Shown one piece after another: positions 58,354-64,000 of a DNA stretch of 64,000 nucleotides. Origin of the DNA: Spirochaetota bacterium. Its GTDB lineage: Bacteria; Spirochaetota; UBA4802; UBA5550. Every line of letters begins with the position of its first letter. Positions within the stretch are counted from its first letter, which is position 1. Location: positions 1,376,001 to 1,440,000 of the forward strand of contig OY760686.1 of assembly GCA_963663865.1 (NCBI GenBank), read 5' to 3'. The notes below the pieces were generated by a model. That model saw only the letters and a list, made by a program, of their open reading frames with translations. It had not been told where the DNA came from and made no database searches. Made by a program: the position numbers and the translations under genes.

Positions 58354-59007
58354 TCAGTTTCCCTGCTCTTTTCGCTGTTCAAGCCGGCTTAGAACCGACT
58401 TCGCCATTTCTGGATACAGTTCATACAGGCAGCTGGGGCATATCCCGTGAGATATCCCGTTTGACAAGGTTTCGATCAGCTGCTGAGTAAGGCTGATCCA
58501 TTCCATTTTGCTTTTTTTTACCCTGCCGCAGTTGGAGCATACAGTCATTACAAAGGATTTGTTGTCAGAAGAGCTGCTTTCAATCAGTTGAATTATTTTG
58601 TCAATCGAAGCGCCGCTTTCGGATTCCTTTCCCAGATCAATAACAATGCCTCTCAATATGGCAGGATTTCCTGACGCGTTCCTTTCTATGACAGTCCCTC
58701 GGTCCATATACCAGTGATACTGAGATGAAGCCGATAGAATTCTGTAGTCAACCTGATATAGGTCTGTGCTGTTTCTCAGGACATTCTTCATTGCATCCAT
58801 AGTACGTTGAAAATCGTCAGGATGAATCAAACGGGTAAACGCACCGTAGCCCTTATCTCTGAATTCTGAAGGATCATAGCCCAGCATTGTTACCTTGCAG
58901 TCGTTAAAAGTGACCCTGTCTTCAGTAATATTCCATTGCCACCACGCAAAAGGCGAATCAAAGAGCAGCTTTCTGAAGTATTCATCTCTGTTGTGTTGAG
59001 TGTGCAT
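58354..59007 (-). CDS. PAS_3 domain protein with C-terminal Cys-rich motif
   Basis: WQWNI, MLGY, IHPDD, YRI...WYMDRG (PAS/PAC); CSNC...SHGICPSC. Confidence 0.85.
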   Translation of the reverse strand: MHTQHNRDEYFRKLLFDSPFAWWQWNITEDRVTFNDCKVTMLGYDPSEFRDKGYGAFTRLIHPDDFQRTMDAMKNVLRNSTDLYQVDYRILSASSQYHWYMDRGTVIERNASGNPAILRGIVIDLGKESESGASIDKIIQLIESSSSDNKSFVMTVCSNCGRVKKSKMEWISLTQQLIETLSNGISHGICPSCLYELYPEMAKSVLSRLEQRKEQGN

Positions 59008-59130
59008 TCGTAGAAATCTCCCTTGCAGCTATGATCCTGTTTCTGCTGTAAACTATAACGGTTGATATTGCAGATACAAAAGCATAAACGCAAGCGGTTT
59101 TCTTTGAGTCCCGGCTCTGTTCAGTTGGAA

Positions 59131-59451
59131 TTAAGACTTCTGGTCAGGAGCCGGCGCTTTGACGACAATCAGTTCAAGCGTTTCTTCATCAAGATTGCTG
59201 ACATTCATTTTTGTGTTAACAGGGATTTTAAGCAGTGAGCCCTTACTGTATGTATGAATATCCTGTTCTCCAAGCCTGATGGACAGCCTGCCTCTAAGCA
59301 CTGTCATGTACACCCAGGAGTTTGAAAAATGCTCCGGCAAAGCTTCGCCCCTGTTCAGTATCATCTGTATGTAGTGGATGTTGTCATCAAAAACAACTTT
59401 GTTAATGGTTTTTGTGCTTCCTTCAATGAGTTCAAATCTCTGTTCAATCAT
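59131..59451 (-). CDS. Cupin domain protein
   Basis: GEALPEHFSNS.VYMTVLRG, IPVNTKMNVSN; GAGGAG RBS. Confidence 0.85.
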   Translation of the reverse strand: MIEQRFELIEGSTKTINKVVFDDNIHYIQMILNRGEALPEHFSNSWVYMTVLRGRLSIRLGEQDIHTYSKGSLLKIPVNTKMNVSNLDEETLELIVVKAPAPDQKS

Positions 59452-59602
59452 AATCTTCTCCTCTTGATATCTGTAGTACCATATCATTTTAAGGGTATCT
59501 TGTAATTGATTCAGGTCAAAAGCAGAAGAGATTTGCGTATAACCGGAGCGATGTTTTATCGAAATCGCAAAAAGAACTGGAAAACACCGGCAGATTTCTA
59601 TT

Positions 59603-60538
59603 TCAATAGAACTCAGCTCTCCAGACAGCGTATCCGGCTAAAGAGTGCTTCTTGGCGATTGACCTCATACTTTCCATCAGGGCATTATCGGACAGATAGC
59701 CAACCAGGCTATGACTGTTATGGATAATCCGGACATGAAGAGTTCCGGATGGGTGCCGTGAGCCGGTTCCTTTTGATAGAAAGCGCTTTACCGAAAGCGA
59801 TGAAACAGCAGTGGCCTTGCCTTTCTCATCCCACATGTAGCCGTACGCGGGAATTCCGAGCCTTATTTTTTGAGGGGGGATATGCGTAAGGAGGTACTCT
59901 ATGTTCCGTTCAGCCCAGGCGATGTCGGTTACGGGGCCCGGGTCTGTCCCCGGCCGGTGAAAGTCGTAGCACATGACGGTGATTTCGTCTATCAGAGGGC
60001 CGATAAGCTTCGTGTCGTGAAATTTGCTCCACTTCTCCGGAAAGCCTGTTTGCGGGAAAACTGCCATAGTGATTCTGGTGCCTTTGAGTCTCATCCTCAG
60101 GAATTTTAGAAAAGAAGCCAGCCTCGGAGCATATTCCGGCGGCAGATATTCCAGGTCGAGTTGAATGCTCAGGGATTTTGTTTTCATTATCAATTCTGAG
60201 ATTGAATCTGCGGCATGAATGCTGTTTTTTTTGCCGGATAACAGCTTTATGCCGTCATTCGCTGATGTGAGCGAAATCAGGGGTGTTATCCTCGTTTTTG
60301 GGTAAAGTCCACGTATGCGGTCGATGAGCCTGAGTGTCCTTTCCCGGTATTTCAGAGCGCCGGAAGACGAAAGCCTGAAGCCGGTCACGCATAGTATGTC
60401 CGAGCGTTTTGTGAAAGCACGGAGGCGCTGTGCTGTATGCGCTGCCTCTCCATGGAGATAATCCATGCTGTCAGAGTAAGCAGTATCAATACAGGCGGCT
60501 GACATTATCAACGATATTGCGAGAGCCAGGGTACGCAT
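59603..60538 (-). CDS. Glycoside hydrolase family 18-like protein
   Basis: IQLDLEY (DxDxE-like), VMCYDFH, PGPV, LGIPAYGY, GYAVW. Confidence 0.85.
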   Translation of the reverse strand: MRTLALAISLIMSAACIDTAYSDSMDYLHGEAAHTAQRLRAFTKRSDILCVTGFRLSSSGALKYRERTLRLIDRIRGLYPKTRITPLISLTSANDGIKLLSGKKNSIHAADSISELIMKTKSLSIQLDLEYLPPEYAPRLASFLKFLRMRLKGTRITMAVFPQTGFPEKWSKFHDTKLIGPLIDEITVMCYDFHRPGTDPGPVTDIAWAERNIEYLLTHIPPQKIRLGIPAYGYMWDEKGKATAVSSLSVKRFLSKGTGSRHPSGTLHVRIIHNSHSLVGYLSDNALMESMRSIAKKHSLAGYAVWRAEFY

Positions 60539-60688
60539 GAGCCTCCGTAAATATTTTTGAATTAGTGCTTGCTTCTATCCAACTATCATTGAATGTAATT
60601 TTTTTCAAGCAGACCTGTGTTTTTTTTATTATGTTTTAGTAAGTCTAATGCAAGATTATGCGGGAAGTAAACGATAACGGAGATTGAA

Positions 60689-60964
60689 ATGCAGATAAGC
60701 AGCGATTTAAAGAGAAAACTCAAGGCGGAGGCCCATCATCTCAAGCCGGTTGTTCTGATCGGGCACAAGGGGCTGACAGATGCCCTTGTTGGAGCGGTTG
60801 ATAAAGCCCTTGAGGATCACGAACTTATTAAGGTCAAGTTTAATGATCTGAAGGAAGAAAAGAAACAGCTTTCAAGTGAAATAGAGGAAAGAACTGGATG
60901 CGCTCTTGTGGCTCTGACCGGCAACGTGGCGATATATTACAGGGAAAACCCTGATAAAGACTGA
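60689..60964 (+). CDS. yhbY: YhbY/CRM RNA-binding protein
   Basis: AHHLKPVVLIGHKGL, ALEDHELIKVK. Confidence 0.93.
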   Translation: MQISSDLKRKLKAEAHHLKPVVLIGHKGLTDALVGAVDKALEDHELIKVKFNDLKEEKKQLSSEIEERTGCALVALTGNVAIYYRENPDKD

Positions 60965-61132
60965 TCTGTGCCGTAGTGGTGTGGTTTAATAGATTTTTTG
61001 ATTATTTTATGGGAAAATTGTATAAAAAAAAATATAGAAACGGACGACACTTATAGGAAGGGCGATAAGCATACTTCAACTCCTGGCTGGACGGGGTTGT
61101 GGTAATAACTCAGAGATAAGGTTGATAGAAGG

Positions 61133-62857
61133 ATGAAAAAGCTTCTCTTGTATTTCGATCCAGGCGCGACAAGGATATTCGTTAATAAGGTTGGCGAGAA
61201 CGGTGAAAAGAAGGTCGGCCTTTCGTCGCCATATAACTTTGTATCCACATCTGAGATAGTAGCCCGTGTTATTGAGATTGAAAGCGAATCGCAGATATCA
61301 ACCCGCCTTGACCCCGGTGCCACCTTTTACAAGGTTATAGACTTTCAGCAGCTCAAGGCAAGGGAAGGCATAATATTTGACAGCAAGGCACAGGCCTTCA
61401 AAGCGGTAAACTACGGCTTTGTAGTTCTTGTCGGAGGAATTCTCAAACTTTTTCCGGTAATGAGCATCACGAAGGACAGGCTTCAGGTTTTTTACAATAT
61501 TTATCCAACCAGGTATGGAAAGCTTCCGTCGGCACAGGAGATACAGGACGTTCTTCATGAGAACAAGATATTGACGGGGATCGGACAGAAAAAGCTTGAA
61601 GAGCTGCTGGCTTCCATCGACCCGGAAAAGCCAAAGCTGTCCCGCATTCTTGTCGCGGCCGGAAAGGCCCCCGTTAACGCCAGAGAGGAAACATTTAAGC
61701 CAATAGTTAACTATGAGAAAAAGGCCGGGGAGATCCGTTCAGACGGAAGGATTGATTTTAAGGAAGTAGGTTCTGTCATACAGGTCTTCAAGGGGCAGGA
61801 AATCCTCGAAAGGATTCCGGAGGTTCTTCCAGAGGAAGGTATGGACGTTTACGGCAATACTATCCCTCCCGGCGTCGAGCAGGTGGAGGGCTTCAGACGG
61901 GGTGATAATATTGTCCAGTCCGGAACCGACAGCAATATATTTCTGTCGGCTATCGACGGCGTGCTTAAGGTGGTACAGAAGAAGATTTCTGTTCTGAAGA
62001 CCGTTGTCATTAACGGCGATGTTGACTATGGGACAGGCAATATCGAGTTTAACGGCTCTGTTGAGGTGACCGGCTCAGTGCTCCCGGGATTTGTTATAAG
62101 AGCAAAGGGAGACGTTACGGTAAAGATGAGCGTTGAAGACGCAATAATTGAAGCCGAAGGAGACGTGAAAATCGGCATGGGGGTTGTCGGCAAGGAATCC
62201 GTTAAAATAATTTGCTCCGGCACATTTCATACAAAATACCTCCAGAATGCCACCGTTGAAGCTGGGGGAGAGGTAACTGTAGAAGACTCTATTATCAACT
62301 CCAATGTTTTCTCAAACAAGTCGGTTAACGTGACAGGTAAAACCGGTAAAATAATCGGAGGGACTACGACTGCGCTTTACGAGGTTGTGGTGAAGACGGC
62401 CGGTGCTGTAAATGAGACGCAGACGGTATTGAATGTCGGGCGGAACCTGTTTATTGAGAAAGAACTCGAAGGCATCAGGCACGATATCGCAAGATGGAGG
62501 GACGAGGTTACAGAGGTAATCAGGAAGCTGAAGGTCAACTTCGGGGAGGGGATTTTTGAGGATCCCAAGGGCTTTATCTCCATCCTGCCTCCGGTCAAGA
62601 AAAAGGGCTGCCTGCTTCTTCTTAATGAGCTTAATCAGGGCAACAAGATATTGAAGGAATTGACCGACAGGAGCAGGGAGGTTGCTGAGAAGCTTAAGCT
62701 TGAAAGGGAGCCAGTCATTATCGCCTATGACCGTGTTTATCCCGGAACTGTCCTCAATATAGGCAAGCGTGTCAGAAAGATTGAACGCGATTACATGAAC
62801 GCAAAATTCTATGAGGATAAGGACTCAAAGGAGATCAAGTTCACTACCGCAGTATGA
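61133..62857 (+). CDS. FapA/DUF342 family protein
   Basis: GRIDFKE, INGDVDYGTGNIEFNGSV, beta-helix repeats, GKIIGG, VYPGT. Confidence 0.88.
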   Translation: MKKLLLYFDPGATRIFVNKVGENGEKKVGLSSPYNFVSTSEIVARVIEIESESQISTRLDPGATFYKVIDFQQLKAREGIIFDSKAQAFKAVNYGFVVLVGGILKLFPVMSITKDRLQVFYNIYPTRYGKLPSAQEIQDVLHENKILTGIGQKKLEELLASIDPEKPKLSRILVAAGKAPVNAREETFKPIVNYEKKAGEIRSDGRIDFKEVGSVIQVFKGQEILERIPEVLPEEGMDVYGNTIPPGVEQVEGFRRGDNIVQSGTDSNIFLSAIDGVLKVVQKKISVLKTVVINGDVDYGTGNIEFNGSVEVTGSVLPGFVIRAKGDVTVKMSVEDAIIEAEGDVKIGMGVVGKESVKIICSGTFHTKYLQNATVEAGGEVTVEDSIINSNVFSNKSVNVTGKTGKIIGGTTTALYEVVVKTAGAVNETQTVLNVGRNLFIEKELEGIRHDIARWRDEVTEVIRKLKVNFGEGIFEDPKGFISILPPVKKKGCLLLLNELNQGNKILKELTDRSREVAEKLKLEREPVIIAYDRVYPGTVLNIGKRVRKIERDYMNAKFYEDKDSKEIKFTTAV

Positions 62858-62866
62858 AAATTCCTG

Positions 62867-63799
62867 TTAAAGATTGAAGTCTGTGTAATCAGAACCTTCC
62901 CTGAAGTAGAGGGGATAGAGTTCAATTTCACCGGTTTCATAGCTATTATTTTCCAGGTATATTTTCAGCCAATCGTAATATCTTTCTGCTTCTTCCTGCA
63001 TGGCTTTGTGAGCTTCCATGTATTGCACAATTCCGTCTGAGTTTTGGTCATTGGAAATATCGGTTTTATATCTAAGAAATAGTTCAATTTCATTAAAGTT
63101 TCTGTCCACCCAGGTTTGTTTGTCTTTTACGGAAGAAGTTGCCAACAGTGAAAACTCTAATGGGGCTTCTGAAAGAAAAACTCCGCCCCAGCATGAACTG
63201 ATTAGAATTAAATTTTTCTTTGATGGAATATGTTTTAGTATTATTTTCAAGTCATGAGGACAAATGTAAGAGTAGAAGTCCGGGAGGCTAATTCCGATAG
63301 GATTGCCATGGCCGCTTATGTATAATACTAAGGTGCTTTCTTTGTTTGCCTTAGATGCGATAGTTTCTGCTGCAAATTTCAGATTCTCAATTGTGAAGTT
63401 GTTTGAATAATTGCCGTTGAAATGCTTTTTTTTTATTTCCTCCGAAGTCTCTGCCAGCTCTTTTTCTGACCAGTCAGGTTCTTGAAATTGATCGCTGTAT
63501 AAAATGAAAATGTTTTCATCGCTGAAACCGGATTTTTTTAGATGCCTGTATATCCGGAGAATGGATATCCATTCAGCATTAATATCGATTGGATCCAGCT
63601 GGGTTTCTTGATAAGAGGGGTTCATGGTAACAGCGGTGCACAGTATAGCATATTTATTTGATCGTAGCCGGGTTGCATCATCAGGGGGTTCTACAGACTC
63701 GATATTGCCGTTATCGTTACATGAAATGGCAAACTGCAGAGCCAGGCAGGAAACAGTTAAGATAAAAACAGCTGTTCTTTTCTTAATCAGCTGATACAT
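62867..63799 (-). CDS. Clan CD (C13 legumain/caspase-like) peptidase lipoprotein
   Basis: GFSDENIFILY, LYISGHG (catalytic His), ISSCWGG (catalytic Cys), lipobox AISC, EF-hand-like DQNSDG. Confidence 0.75.
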   Translation of the reverse strand: MYQLIKKRTAVFILTVSCLALQFAISCNDNGNIESVEPPDDATRLRSNKYAILCTAVTMNPSYQETQLDPIDINAEWISILRIYRHLKKSGFSDENIFILYSDQFQEPDWSEKELAETSEEIKKKHFNGNYSNNFTIENLKFAAETIASKANKESTLVLYISGHGNPIGISLPDFYSYICPHDLKIILKHIPSKKNLILISSCWGGVFLSEAPLEFSLLATSSVKDKQTWVDRNFNEIELFLRYKTDISNDQNSDGIVQYMEAHKAMQEEAERYYDWLKIYLENNSYETGEIELYPLYFREGSDYTDFNL

Positions 63800-64000
63800 A
63801 GAGTTCCCGTGTATATTGTTTTTGATCAGTTGAGCACAGGAAAACGATACTCTTTCACCCTGTACAGCTATTACATATTTTTAAGTTGAACAATATATTA
63901 TGTCAATCTTTATATGTCTTTGATGAGCAGACCTGAGGGTTCTTTCAGGGTTATTTACCAGCTATTCTTTATAAGTATTTGACAAATGTCTTCTGAAAGG

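Overview
Core-genome window from a free-living spirochaete, most likely a deep-branching relative of the Leptospirae. This is an inference from an FcpB-like flagellar sheath protein, a meso-DAP-type MurE (DNPR motif), a dcw cluster lacking ftsI and many lipoproteins. The window holds the dcw cluster (mraZ-rsmH-ftsL-murE-murF-mraY-murD-ftsW-murG-murC-ftsQ-ftsA-ftsZ), serS, an EF-G2 paralog, ilvE, coaD-rny-ymdB, tRNA-Phe(GAA), tRNA-Gly(TCC), scattered surface-glycan genes (capD-like, neuB-like, wzi, deacetylase, GT/MT fusion), transporters and many envelope hypotheticals. I see no transposase, integrase, prophage or cas gene. The most unusual items are two non-coding tandem arrays. One is a 10-unit 60/61-bp array (47222-47839) in which each unit carries two GNA-triloop hairpins, all on the same strand. 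The other is a perfect (CATTTAC)x28 G-free array right after tRNA-Phe. Also notable: a YihY protein with an inserted Ycf48/BNR propeller, a stand-alone MshEN microprotein, a pseudo-receiver/RsbW-like kinase fusion and several sigma28-type promoters. All family calls come from motif recognition by eye; no searches were run.
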